64,000 nucleotides of DNA from a virus. Under the pieces are notes generated by a model. The model searched no databases, was not told the origin of the DNA, and was given only the letters and a program-made list of their open reading frames with translations. Location of the stretch: the IMG/VR virus record IMGVR_UViG_3300042914_003763, positions 1 to 64,000 of that record. One strand, written 5' to 3'. Numbering within the stretch: position 1 is the stretch's first letter; the number at the start of each line of letters is the position of its first letter. Both the position numbers and the translations under genes were made by a program. Below are positions 40,601 to 48,762 of the stretch, one piece after another.

Positions 40601-40913
40601 TAATGAGATTAATAATAAAGACCTTAACTATAACAAAATTTTTTCTAACTCTAATGTAGTTGTACCAGTTGCACCTAAGTTAACTTACGATACTGTAGGT
40701 AAGAATAACATAGTACCATTAAGTAACAACACTAATACAATTAGTAATGATAAACAAGTTGTAATTAACTTCACTAACACTAATGATGTAACTATTGAAG
40801 GTAATGCAAGTAGTAAAGAAGTTACTAACGGTATTAAAGATGCTAATGATGATGCAATTAAAAAGTTGTACGATGTATTTAGGAAAACAAATGTTGAATT
40901 AGGAAATAAGTAA
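34641..40913 (+). CDS. Tail tape measure protein
   Basis: 2090 aa; TP901-type core (KTIQLGITTMPELA, LEELAAGVAALT), hydrophobic patches, long coiled coil. Confidence 0.92.
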   Translation: MSQLMNDYQQEVALKFEGEDNLSKVVDNISERISNMQTKVMAANLGLGGLKKVTGDNVTTLEKFGKQIAATDKLLMKAFNVATFAKIGAVLADGIKNATRELSGFSTGIKAFTASGYTTQIIDDFTKVRDAILGSKEAVDQFSLQALTAYNRYKKAQTEVEVLFSKGSEFIGDLSKNIQNLVNNDLKNAISSIDALGAAYQAASASFTEASENTAVMTAGLKLAKAGGADTGATMKVLTQTIRAYNMSATDSNKVAAVLNKTIQLGITTMPELANGFAQSAVTANAAKVKLEELAAGVAALTLQGFDTPSALTGLEALFRNIINKTPQAEAALRSLRDEVGKPIRFDIAEIKTKGFAKALDDLNKAAKGNAETLATIIPEATAYNTALALMSNNAQQLKDNSKSMFEITETGKKARETLDEVFGIKISSQAEKFDAIINRITEQFIQFGEQIAPFFQVGVDVLEKTVSALSSISPEMKKIIAQWIIFQMGAGQVTNAIGQLVGAATQAFMIFQGWRIFTGLFNGELLKQVKIVQELAKANIGLLPVVKQVIGIDQQHLLLGQELNLQQLNRFQIIGKLREQNLGLIAQAKQLIGIDQSHLLVGQQSLTLDEQREEILNRLVEQNKDYKKVSKELSNIEKEHLDITTKVKEAEDKLSESYTKLAKDKYDKSKLEKELNSSTAKSADEQYQLAERYQQQQELIAKSEAELAVNKKNKLDLDEKAAKLQQEVADKTAKAEKISQTVKDNTLKIQKAQTLAEELQRKAVEARTLADLASSQAQTAKAAADAAGGTNATLNAAAEVALANATTLETAAEVANTTATNANNAARTLGTTLATEQGIAEGRLIKIRTLAGEQIVKNTLLNRMLGFSFKDLIPKMDDVKKTSGNLWTNLNKPINFSGIKDGVSSLFSKLSGMLPIVGQIGTKLLTFAPILLPVAGAAALLYDQFAGTSAQVRKLQEDLTKINKELEVSKLKTLQDLDSKGKLSYEMKKQLIMMEHNNELAKLNGFENTKLVGIWENIGNAIGAAFNGVIGFGKAIFDMFDKILPIFSLYKAIRYDQVISTFSEIEAQIEKTSAATLKFAEVNSKLKQGFTDIEKVNKKIREGKSLEPDDITKLKNQAEERLKLIDDEIAANDRRLEALKEKLKDYDALDPEKQKQAAAEDQDLASRRDVLEAQNENLKKQRQINADTSKANIEYLQQRNIFVKRLQEANPNKNDPNNKKNDFLDEDFEGQVGNKVNSLQVRMRRSFRQSNEDLQEYAKKVEATLDGTNKYIDREGKEVKLDVTQLGQYVQDFDKNVETTVAGIGQLYEGNYINAKEANEKLQAVLNQQVGDTKKKVKDLFSTEQLQEYYAQIIEYSKNASKKQIDLLSKDAEIQQQLISAGVKSQIDGSKEIRKIQQQQLKAQIDDLEKTLQLQLDIAPALKQELEKQLKLLKAQFNAADKEDQRKSIDERYQQQQVALDKEVAAFKLSRAKFVSTEKESIVKLEQLQKQQLLQQQNKLQEQLKLVGNDKEERTKLETELLNLQLQYQQIVTSSLQREFDKRNKQLSNDIERQKLEYGKLTRTLSSTTDSLQEELKIIEARNKSILAANQYETSRLQNQLRVTADIEKRADIEVQLVELKNKNSEVTLAQEAKSLQYQQKLVDLGFQKQQIELDINKLQNESQRKLLELELKRALEQKQSKEEIETLQTKLDINIEESKSLESKSKLQQEVRRNQLEINNLTKQDLEYKLALTREGGELDVEIAKQNRVLATYEKQAQQAKVSAELAEISANKQLVQNNLILKSYENRINLTQKQLDLEQQQQNNTQRMFKLAGDLATTDYQKQEFAKLAARQELMALDKKQEIEKQLLEIQIKSNNLALQRQEIEQKTAELKLAAELKVQIAETKKVLASKTATNEDKAAASAQLEAKQFAYEAKLAERPLLEQQRQLSKFDDNIKRYQLQQNQSNEVQDKSVAYAKTTFGIGDDMEIYRAIRNNLASVIDDVTNEINNKDLNYNKIFSNSNVVVPVAPKLTYDTVGKNNIVPLSNNTNTISNDKQVVINFTNTNDVTIEGNASSKEVTNGIKDANDDAIKKLYDVFRKTNVELGNK

Positions 40914-40932
40914 ACCAATCATTAATATACAT

Positions 40933-41670
40933 ATGTTATTTTTTCTATCTGATTATAAATATTCTAATTATGCTAGAACATTAGGTGCTAAAGATAAGAA
41001 AAAGAGAAAAAGTAATTTGTTACGTAACGTAGCTATAGGTGCTGGTGGATTAGCATTAGCTGGCGGACTAGGTTATTTAGCATTACGAGGAAAAGGTAAA
41101 CCAAGCGGTGGATCTAATTCGCTTAGTGGTGCTAGTTCACCATCATCATCTACTACACCTTCTGTATCAAATAATAGAGCATTAAATGATGTTGATGTTA
41201 AAATTGAAGCACCTAAAATTAAACAATCTAAACCACAAATAGAGTCTCAATCAAGAATAACACCTCAGAGTGAACCCACTAAACCATATCCAACTAGAAG
41301 TTTCACACAAGATGAATTATTACAACGTGGTAACTTGAAAGCTAGATATAATTCAGATCCTTTATATACAAATAAGAAGGTAGGTTTATATGGTAGCTTA
41401 ACTAAAAAACAACTTAATTCAAGACGTATTGCAGAGAGAAGACAAAAAATTGCAAATGAGTTAATTACTTCTCCTAATAAAAATAATTATACAGGTATTA
41501 ATAGCAATAGGTATAGTTACGTTCAGAGACCTGGTAAATCAACATTGTATGGATCTAAAGATTCTTACGATACACAAATAAGAAAATCAATATCTAAAGA
41601 TATTAAGTCACTGAACAAATCCTACATAGATAGTAATTACAAAACATACCGTAACTACATTAACTTATAA
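40933..41670 (+). CDS. FFLSD-leader basic protein
   Basis: MLFFLSDYKYSNY-ARTLGAKDKKKRK; GAGGLALAGGLG helix. Confidence 0.75.
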   Translation: MLFFLSDYKYSNYARTLGAKDKKKRKSNLLRNVAIGAGGLALAGGLGYLALRGKGKPSGGSNSLSGASSPSSSTTPSVSNNRALNDVDVKIEAPKIKQSKPQIESQSRITPQSEPTKPYPTRSFTQDELLQRGNLKARYNSDPLYTNKKVGLYGSLTKKQLNSRRIAERRQKIANELITSPNKNNYTGINSNRYSYVQRPGKSTLYGSKDSYDTQIRKSISKDIKSLNKSYIDSNYKTYRNYINL

Positions 41671-41698
41671 TGATAGTAGTTAAATTAGGAAATAAGTA

Positions 41699-42322
41699 AT
41701 GTTACAATTTAGTATTTCAATACCACTATTTAAAGCATACGTTCGTAATGAATACTTGTTTAACTTAGAAGAGCAACATAGTAACATAACACCTGTAGTT
41801 GCATTTGGTTGTACATCACTAAATGGTCGCGCTATTGGTTTTCATATTATGACTAACGGTGGAGCGCAAGTAGCACGTATTCCTGTTAGTGGATTAGTAC
41901 ATAAAGAAGATGCCCCTAACTTACCATTAGATTGGTTACAGTTATGGGATTGTTTCAGTTATCAAGTACAAGCAGTAACTTACGATTACCTTAGTGAAAT
42001 GAAATGTAAGGTACTACTTAAAGATCGTAATTGGTATGAAGGTCAATATATGTTTACTTTAGATTGGATAGGTGGTGATTATGCAGAAGAAGCTAGTGAA
42101 TATAAATGCGGTCATGTTATTGCATTAGATAACGGATGTTTTGCTATTCAACCTAACAACAGGATATTCTGGTTAGGTGATCCTAGTTTCATAACACAAC
42201 CGCTAACTGCTAATCCTGGTTACAAAGTTAATACATATAACTGGAAGTGTGAAAATAGTGGTTCTAAGTGGTTAACTGAAAATAGTGATAGGTTTTTCTA
42301 TGAGGTAGAAACAAAAGAGTAG
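41699..42322 (+). CDS. Conserved phage hypothetical protein
   Basis: LQLWDCFSY, YMFTLDW, KCGHVIALDNG..AIQPNNRI. Confidence 0.7.
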   Translation: MLQFSISIPLFKAYVRNEYLFNLEEQHSNITPVVAFGCTSLNGRAIGFHIMTNGGAQVARIPVSGLVHKEDAPNLPLDWLQLWDCFSYQVQAVTYDYLSEMKCKVLLKDRNWYEGQYMFTLDWIGGDYAEEASEYKCGHVIALDNGCFAIQPNNRIFWLGDPSFITQPLTANPGYKVNTYNWKCENSGSKWLTENSDRFFYEVETKE

Positions 42323-42358
42323 TTATAATAAAGATAAGGTACATTTAATTAACTACTC

Positions 42359-42395
42359 AACTCTCTTAGTTGTATAACTAAGGGAGTTTTATTTT
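42359..42395 (+). terminator. Rho-independent terminator
   Basis: AACTCTCTTAGTT-GTAT-AACTAAGGGAGTT followed by Ts. Confidence 0.65.
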
Positions 42396-42466
42396 TGCTA
42401 ACCACACACAAAACAAAATTGGTAGTTATAATAGAGAGGTAATTAATTAGATACGGTAACACTACT

Positions 42467-43303
42467 ATGAGTATCGAGAAAGTTAAACCAGTTGTTGACG
42501 ACGGTATTGAGTTTTATATCTCAAGTGATGAAACTGCTTCTGGGATGAGTATTAGCGGTTTATCTGCATTTATAACGGTAGATCGCCGAGTAATAGGACG
42601 TTTGGTAGAAAAAATTAATTCTACTGAGGATGGGCTTGTAGAGCTACCTGAATGTCTGAAACCCTTTCAGGGTAATGCTTTGAGTCCGGGCTTAGAAGGA
42701 ATCAACAGAGCTAAAATTATACCCTCAACAACGTGTGAAGCTATAATTTTCTATTATGCTTATGAATCTGATAATATTTCAGATGAAGTTAAACAAGCTG
42801 CTAAATTTGCCCATCGTAAATTTGCACAACTTGGTTTACATCAACACATTAAAAATATATCTGGATGTATTGAAAAAAGAAATGAAGACTTATTATTAGC
42901 TGAATTTAGATATATTAGAACTGAATTAGAATCTGTTAAATCATTAAGTAGAGAATTAATCGTGATTAGAAATACCACTACTGCATTTATGCCAGGTTGT
43001 AAAGACTTATTAGATGAAATAGTTGAATCAACAGGCGATGATAACTTGTATTTACCTACTGAAGATGGTGCATTATCAATTGAAGGTTGGTTACACAATA
43101 AAGGTATAACTCTAACATCAACTAAATTTAGACAGTTAGCTCACATAACAGCAGCAACGTTCAAGTCAATGACTAAACAAGATCCAAGTAAAGCACATTT
43201 CAAACTTGTTAATGGTAAAACTAAATATAATGTAAGTGTTTATGAACCACAACACTTTGCAATTATTCAAATGTGTTTTAACAAAATATTACATGATGAC
43301 TAA
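42467..43303 (+). CDS. Antirepressor-like DNA-binding protein
   Basis: GIEFYIS...SGMSISGL, IIFYYAYES, KFAQLG; C-terminal GITL...VSVY. Confidence 0.55.
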   Translation: MSIEKVKPVVDDGIEFYISSDETASGMSISGLSAFITVDRRVIGRLVEKINSTEDGLVELPECLKPFQGNALSPGLEGINRAKIIPSTTCEAIIFYYAYESDNISDEVKQAAKFAHRKFAQLGLHQHIKNISGCIEKRNEDLLLAEFRYIRTELESVKSLSRELIVIRNTTTAFMPGCKDLLDEIVESTGDDNLYLPTEDGALSIEGWLHNKGITLTSTKFRQLAHITAATFKSMTKQDPSKAHFKLVNGKTKYNVSVYEPQHFAIIQMCFNKILHDD

Positions 43304-43320
43304 GAGATAGAAAAAAGGAT

Positions 43321-43360
43321 AAAAATAAGGCGTGTTTCAAGCGATTCACGTCTTATTTTT
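43321..43360. terminator. Bidirectional terminator flanked by inverted 11-mer motifs
   Basis: AAAAATAAGGCGTG...CACGTCTTATTTTT between convergent genes. Confidence 0.65.
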
Positions 43361-43430
43361 CTATCTATATTTAATTACTTAACCCTTATCTCTTCAACTT
43401 TCCATTCATTAAACAGGAATAAACCTAATA

Positions 43431-43694
43431 CTAACAATCATCATCAAACTCCTTAATTGTTTTGTCAAACATAAGTTTATCAGCAAAATCAGATATCTCT
43501 TTCATATCACTATTAAGATTCAACCAATAGTTATACATACTTGTAAATGCTTCCAAATCTACTTCTAGTAAATTAAGTGCATATTGTATTTTAATCTTAT
43601 TACAACAATAAGCAATACAAACTAAATTTAATATTTCATCTGTACTTATTGTTCTGTTATTTTTACATAACTGTTCAAACATCATTACCTCCAA
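43431..43694 (-). CDS. Hypothetical protein
   Basis: ORF downstream of the phosphatase gene. Confidence 0.55.
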   Translation of the reverse strand: MEVMMFEQLCKNNRTISTDEILNLVCIAYCCNKIKIQYALNLLEVDLEAFTSMYNYWLNLNSDMKEISDFADKLMFDKTIKEFDDDC

Positions 43695-43742
43695 TCTTAT
43701 TAGTCACAAAATCCATTAGTTCATTCACTTTTTTCTACCTTT

Positions 43743-44423
43743 CTATTTAATTTTTGTAACTACGTCTACTAAATCAACTATACGCCATTTATTACTCTTG
43801 GCATTAACTTGATACACAACTTGATTATCTAAATCTAATCCAGTTAACCATCCTGTAGCATAAGCACTTGTGTCAATATCCCACCAGCCACGTCCAGAAG
43901 CCACGTTACCAGGCTTAACTTTACTAAAGGTACTTGTTATCGTATGACCTATTACGACCTGCTTATCGTCAAAGTAGGGTGTGTTAATTGAATGGAATGG
44001 TTGTCGTATGCGCCGGAAGTCGTCTGGTTCTTGTTGTTCAAATGTCTTAGCGGGATCTAATCCTGCATGACAAATAAAGTAATCACCTAAGTCAATATAA
44101 AGTGGTAGTTGTTGCATGAACGCTAAGTGAATATCCCATAACTCAGGATGCTTATAACAGTATTGATCTCTAGTTCTGTTACAATAATATTCCTTCTTTT
44201 TTTTACCTGCTTCAATCATCATCCATTCATGATTACCTTGAACCGAATGAAAGTTAGATGTTGTTCTTACTAATTCAACTACTTCAGGACTACCTTTACC
44301 ACGATCTATTAAATCACCAACAAAGTATATTTCATCATCGTTAGTAGGGTTAACAAGATCCAATAACCTACATAAAGTAATGAAATAACCGTGTACATCT
44401 CCAATAACAATACGACGTTTCAT
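43743..44423 (-). CDS. Ser/Thr protein phosphatase (PPP metallophosphoesterase)
   Basis: GDVHG, GDLIDRG, GNHE, HAG, GHT, IDT. Confidence 0.92.
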   Translation of the reverse strand: MKRRIVIGDVHGYFITLCRLLDLVNPTNDDEIYFVGDLIDRGKGSPEVVELVRTTSNFHSVQGNHEWMMIEAGKKKKEYYCNRTRDQYCYKHPELWDIHLAFMQQLPLYIDLGDYFICHAGLDPAKTFEQQEPDDFRRIRQPFHSINTPYFDDKQVVIGHTITSTFSKVKPGNVASGRGWWDIDTSAYATGWLTGLDLDNQVVYQVNAKSNKWRIVDLVDVVTKIK

Positions 44424-44515
44424 AATACAACAGTAATAACAGTTAAATCGTACTTACTTAACATATCTATTATTCCTTTAACTACAATAAGATAATGTAA
44501 CTATATTATCTTATT

Positions 44516-45025
44516 ATGACTTGTAACTACGTTAACACTAATATTCGTAAACTATATTTTGAATGTCAAGAAACAATACTAAATCAATTTAATATTGATA
44601 CTAAGAATAGAGCTACTATTAATAGTGTTAGTTATTTAATGTTACCCGTTGATGGTAATAACTATACTAGAAATATAACTGATACAACAGGTAAGCAAGA
44701 TACATTTAGTAGTGCTAGTATCACACCTAAGTTAGTAACAGTTAGTTTTACAGTTAATGTAGAAGATCAACAATGGAAGATGAAACGTTGTTTAAGTTAT
44801 TTAGCTAAGTCTAGTATTAGTAGTAGTTACACTACGTTTATTCCTGTAACTTGCTTAGATTATGTAAGACCTGAAATAGAAGATGATATTATGACATCAA
44901 GGAAAGGAATACTTAATGTTGAATCAGGTGGTGGTACTAGTGGCACTGATGGAACAGGTAAACCACTTTATGTAACGCCTTATTCAATTACCTTTACAGA
45001 GATAGAAAAAAGATTAGTAATGTAG
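44516..45025 (+). CDS. Possible distal tail protein
   Basis: Beta-rich 169 aa ending SITFTE; upstream of the hub-like gene. Confidence 0.45.
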   Translation: MTCNYVNTNIRKLYFECQETILNQFNIDTKNRATINSVSYLMLPVDGNNYTRNITDTTGKQDTFSSASITPKLVTVSFTVNVEDQQWKMKRCLSYLAKSSISSSYTTFIPVTCLDYVRPEIEDDIMTSRKGILNVESGGGTSGTDGTGKPLYVTPYSITFTEIEKRLVM

Positions 45026-45073
45026 TAGTATATCAATTAGGAACTAGTTATTACAGTTCAAAGAGCTATCAAG

Positions 45074-45103
45074 TTGACATAATAGTTAGACTTATATTAA
45101 GAT
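45074..45103 (+). promoter_or_regulatory. Sigma70-like promoter inside an inverted repeat
   Basis: TTGACA-18 bp-TAAGAT, flanked by AGAGCTATC (45062) and GATAGCTCT (45101). Confidence 0.5.
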
Positions 45104-45113
45104 AGCTCTATAT

Positions 45114-45217
45114 GCAGAAGTGACAGAGTGCTTAAATGTTGATACTAGCTAGACGTGGGAAGTGAAACTAGATATTCCATACTTAACACACCGTACGTTG
45201 GAATCGTACCTTCTGCA
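45114..45217 (+). ncRNA. tRNA-like RNA with non-canonical middle
   Basis: Acceptor GCAGAAG/CTTCTGC-A, D-arm ACA..TGT, T-arm GTACG-TTGGAAT-CGTAC; no canonical anticodon arm; 104 nt. Confidence 0.55.
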
Positions 45218-45239
45218 ATTCACGTTATGCGTGAACTAG

Positions 45240-45385
45240 AGATACACTAGATTAATTGGGACGATTAACGTCCTGGTAACAATGTATCAATTAGGATGTA
45301 GCCGATGGACGTAAGTTCAACATCCCGTTACCTGTATGGTCGTGGCAATTCCGGTAAAGACGTTCGATGAGTGAATAACTCAACC
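45240..45385 (+). ncRNA. Putative structured ncRNA
   Basis: GC-enriched non-coding stretch with stems GATACA/TGTATC, GGACG/CGTCC, GGATGT/ACATCC, GAGT/ACTC. Confidence 0.4.
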
Positions 45386-45403
45386 TTTTACTTAGTTATG
45401 TAG

Positions 45404-45432
45404 TTGACATACTCTAACTCAATAACTATAAT
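45404..45432 (+). promoter_or_regulatory. Consensus sigma70 promoter
   Basis: TTGACA-17 bp-TATAAT. Confidence 0.8.
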
Positions 45433-45579
45433 TACCAATAAAGCGTAGGTACTCTTTGATATAAAGTTAGTAATACTAGCAGAATATTAGACCCTACGCG
45501 ATGATTAAAACAGTGATGGTAAAAAAATCAGTAGAGTTATCGTTAATGTGCTTTATGCTCCGTGTAACCCTACTATTAT

Positions 45580-45650
45580 GGGACTATAGTGTAATGGTAA
45601 CACAAGGTTCTGTCTAAACCTTATTGCAAGTTCAATCCTTGCTAATCTCA
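45580..45650 (+). tRNA. Atypical tRNA, anticodon GTC (Asp-like)
   Basis: GGGACTA/TAATCTC acceptor with a C-A mismatch, GTGT/ACAC D-stem, AGGTT-CTGTCTA-AACCT, GCAAG-TTCAATC-CTTGC; U37, A73. Confidence 0.65.
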
Positions 45651-45676
45651 TTAAACATCAAGCTAAAACAACAATT

Positions 45677-45712
45677 AACTCCAGTAGCAATTAAGTCACT
45701 GGAGTTTTTAGT
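45677..45712. terminator. Terminator closing the RNA cluster
   Basis: AACTCCAGT...ACTGGAGTTTTT. Confidence 0.65.
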
Positions 45713-45737
45713 TATTGAAAAATGGTACATCTTTCGT

Positions 45738-46007
45738 TTACCTATTATTAACTTGCACCTCTCTTATTTCAACTTCACTACCATCAATAACAGTAATAGT
45801 GTAGTTACCATTATCATGATAAACACAACTAACTATCTTAACATCACCTGTTAACTTATCAAGTTGTACTATACGTTCTTCTTGTAGTAAGTTACCATCA
45901 TAGATATAACTTATTGTTTGTTTGAGAAACTGACTTTCCCAATTGATAGTAGTGGTAAGTCCTAACTCATTAGTAACTGTAGTTTCTCTATCATTAACGT
46001 ATTTCAT
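45738..46007 (-). CDS. Hypothetical protein
   Basis: 89 aa beta-rich ORF with natural composition. Confidence 0.5.
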   Translation of the reverse strand: MKYVNDRETTVTNELGLTTTINWESQFLKQTISYIYDGNLLQEERIVQLDKLTGDVKIVSCVYHDNGNYTITVIDGSEVEIREVQVNNR

Positions 46008-48762
46008 GTGGCAACTTACTTCTCCTAACTTATCTTACTTTGAATATTATGCTAACAGTGCTAATAACTTATCTATTCTTAAACCTAATACTTCGTTTAC
46101 TGGAAGTGGTTTATTAACTAAACTATTTCAAGAACTAACTCAAGTTAATACAAGTGTTACTGTTGGATCTGAATTTAATACATATAATTTTACTACAACT
46201 AATATTCCATTAACAGTTACAAGTAATAATACTACCTTTAAGTTAGCTAGTGATTACAGTAATCCGTTACCAGACGAATTTACTTTCAATAATAATGTAG
46301 TTACTATTTACAGTTCGAGTACATTAAATACTGTTAGTTACATTAATAAACCACCTATTGATACGTTAGCTGTTAGAACAATACCATCTTTTTTCTACAA
46401 TTTACCTGCTATTGGTGGATTTAGTATAACAGACAGTTGGCAGGATCATCCTACTGCTAATTTAGTATTTATAACTAAACCTAACCTATTACAAGAATAT
46501 CGTACAATTTTCAAAACTGGTGCATTAGTAGATATATACGGATATAGTTTTCTTGTAAATAGTTATAGTGAAGATGTAAGTAAAGAAGATTATTCAGCAA
46601 CAGTATCGGTTAGTCTACGTGGTAAGTGGGAGATGTATATGAATCTACCCATTGAACTTAATCCTAATCCTGGTGTATTAAAAGATAACTTTCAAGATCC
46701 AGAATGTCAGATAGGTTATAACCCAATTAATAGTAATAATTATACATCTATTAATGCTATAGCAGGTAAAATTGGAGCAAGAATTTCAGGTTTAAATACT
46801 CCAATTAAAGTTCCTACTAATACACCTGATAGCATAACTACAACTCTTTCAGGAGAGATAGAAAAATGGTTAGATATTAAAAGTAGTGTAATTGATTATT
46901 CAGACGGTAATACTATTCAAGTACGTAATATTAATACAGTACAAACCCATTATATTAACGATGGTATGTTGTTGTCTAACTTCAATACAACAATAAATCG
47001 TAAACCAATTGCGCCGTTAAGTTCAGGTAATATTAGTATTAATAACATTAATTACACAGCACTTGTTCCAACAACAATAACAAGTAAACCTATTTTTTCT
47101 ACCTTTGAAGATAATAATTTAATACCTAAACCTACATTACAAAATTATGTTGTTTCTGATGTATTTGATAATAGTGGTAATAAGATTGTAGATGTAAATG
47201 AACCAACTCAAACTTTACCACCACGTTATCAACAACGTAAAGTTAAAAGAAGAACTTACAATAAAGGTGATCTTGATGCTCCTTTTTGTCCTCCTAATGT
47301 AATTAAGTTAACTGATTTATCTCTTAACTTTGATAAGAGTGGTGTAACTAAAACCATAGTTATAGTAACAGAAGAAGATGGTTTTCCTATTACTGAAATA
47401 ACAAGACGTTATGGTTTTGCATATAGGGCTGTAGATATAACAAAAGTGATTACTGTTAATGGTAACGATTTAAAACCTATCTTAGAGGAAGATTATCCCG
47501 CAAATTGGTGGGTTTTAATTGAAGAAAAAGTAACTACTTATTTATATGATGACGGTTTAAGTGCTGATACCGGAACTGGTTATTTACTTGGCTACGACAT
47601 TGTAGGTAGTAGGTTATTACGTCCTGAAGTGGAAGGTGATGATATTTATACACAAAAATATTATCTTGAATTTAATTATAAAAGCGGTAGTCCTAAACCT
47701 ACTGACTTTGAAACAGCTAAATATAATACTTATGTGTTTAGATATATACCTTTATATGGCGCAAAAAGATATTTGTTAAACGCACATCGTGATCACTATA
47801 AGAACTTTGAAAATGAAGAGAAATTTTACAAAAAGTGTAACAAAGATGGTTCTAGTAGTTGGGAAGTACGTCCTGATTATGTTGAACCTATGTTCGCTAT
47901 TAGTGAAGCAGAGGAAATAAGTTGCTATTTACAAGTTAGTAACCCTAAAAACTTATTACGTGATGTTAAAGCAAATCCACCTGAACCATATTACCCACCA
48001 CTCATTACAGGTGAAGAATCATATCGTCGTAGTTTCATTAACATATTAGAATCTAAAAATACAACTAAAGCTATCTTTACAGTTGATAGTATACCAGAAC
48101 AAGATCGGTACATAACTTTTAACTCTACTTTTTCATCACAAGAACCTGGATTTGGTGCAGTTCTAGAAGAAACAAGTACAAGTCAAACTGATGGAATACC
48201 ACCTGTTCACACAAAAAAACCTAAACCTTATGAACTCGTAGAATCTAAGAAAGAAGATAAACCTAAAGAACAAAAACAGTTTAGATATGTACTATTCACA
48301 AGTCCATATAACGGTGGATTCCCACGTACAGGTAGTTTCAGTTTTGAAAAAGCTAATAGTGTAGATGAAGTAATTCGTGCTGTAAATAATCAACTTAAAA
48401 TTGATGATATTCGTAATACTCTAAGTAGTAGTTGTACTATCCCATTAAATATGAGTATTAAGAGTGGTGATAAAGTTGTATTAAGTGTGGAAGGAACAAC
48501 ATATAAACGTAGGGTAATCTCAGTTCAACATAACTTTGTATTTGAAGGTATTAATACAGTTACTAGATTACCTCTTGTTACTGGTACTACTCAATTAACA
48601 ATGGGAATAGATAGGGATAATATTAACGTTAGTAGCATTAAAGAAGTTATCCCTAAACCTAATAGTAATAACAGTAATAGTAGTGGTATATTAGATATAA
48701 TTAAAAAAGATATAACGTTGGGATCACTATTACCAAGTGCATTACCGGGACGTGGACGATGA
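46006..48762 (+). CDS. Probable tail tip/baseplate hub protein (ATG 46006 preferred)
   Basis: Large beta-rich protein ending in hub-like NMSIKSGDKVVL...RRVISVQH...TQLTMG. Confidence 0.6.
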   Translation: MWQLTSPNLSYFEYYANSANNLSILKPNTSFTGSGLLTKLFQELTQVNTSVTVGSEFNTYNFTTTNIPLTVTSNNTTFKLASDYSNPLPDEFTFNNNVVTIYSSSTLNTVSYINKPPIDTLAVRTIPSFFYNLPAIGGFSITDSWQDHPTANLVFITKPNLLQEYRTIFKTGALVDIYGYSFLVNSYSEDVSKEDYSATVSVSLRGKWEMYMNLPIELNPNPGVLKDNFQDPECQIGYNPINSNNYTSINAIAGKIGARISGLNTPIKVPTNTPDSITTTLSGEIEKWLDIKSSVIDYSDGNTIQVRNINTVQTHYINDGMLLSNFNTTINRKPIAPLSSGNISINNINYTALVPTTITSKPIFSTFEDNNLIPKPTLQNYVVSDVFDNSGNKIVDVNEPTQTLPPRYQQRKVKRRTYNKGDLDAPFCPPNVIKLTDLSLNFDKSGVTKTIVIVTEEDGFPITEITRRYGFAYRAVDITKVITVNGNDLKPILEEDYPANWWVLIEEKVTTYLYDDGLSADTGTGYLLGYDIVGSRLLRPEVEGDDIYTQKYYLEFNYKSGSPKPTDFETAKYNTYVFRYIPLYGAKRYLLNAHRDHYKNFENEEKFYKKCNKDGSSSWEVRPDYVEPMFAISEAEEISCYLQVSNPKNLLRDVKANPPEPYYPPLITGEESYRRSFINILESKNTTKAIFTVDSIPEQDRYITFNSTFSSQEPGFGAVLEETSTSQTDGIPPVHTKKPKPYELVESKKEDKPKEQKQFRYVLFTSPYNGGFPRTGSFSFEKANSVDEVIRAVNNQLKIDDIRNTLSSSCTIPLNMSIKSGDKVVLSVEGTTYKRRVISVQHNFVFEGINTVTRLPLVTGTTQLTMGIDRDNINVSSIKEVIPKPNSNNSNSSGILDIIKKDITLGSLLPSALPGRGR

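Noticed and set aside
5090-41670. RiPP/bacteriocin precursors with double-glycine leaders
   Set aside because: No modifying enzymes, C39 peptidase transporter or GG cleavage motif; the context is virion morphogenesis
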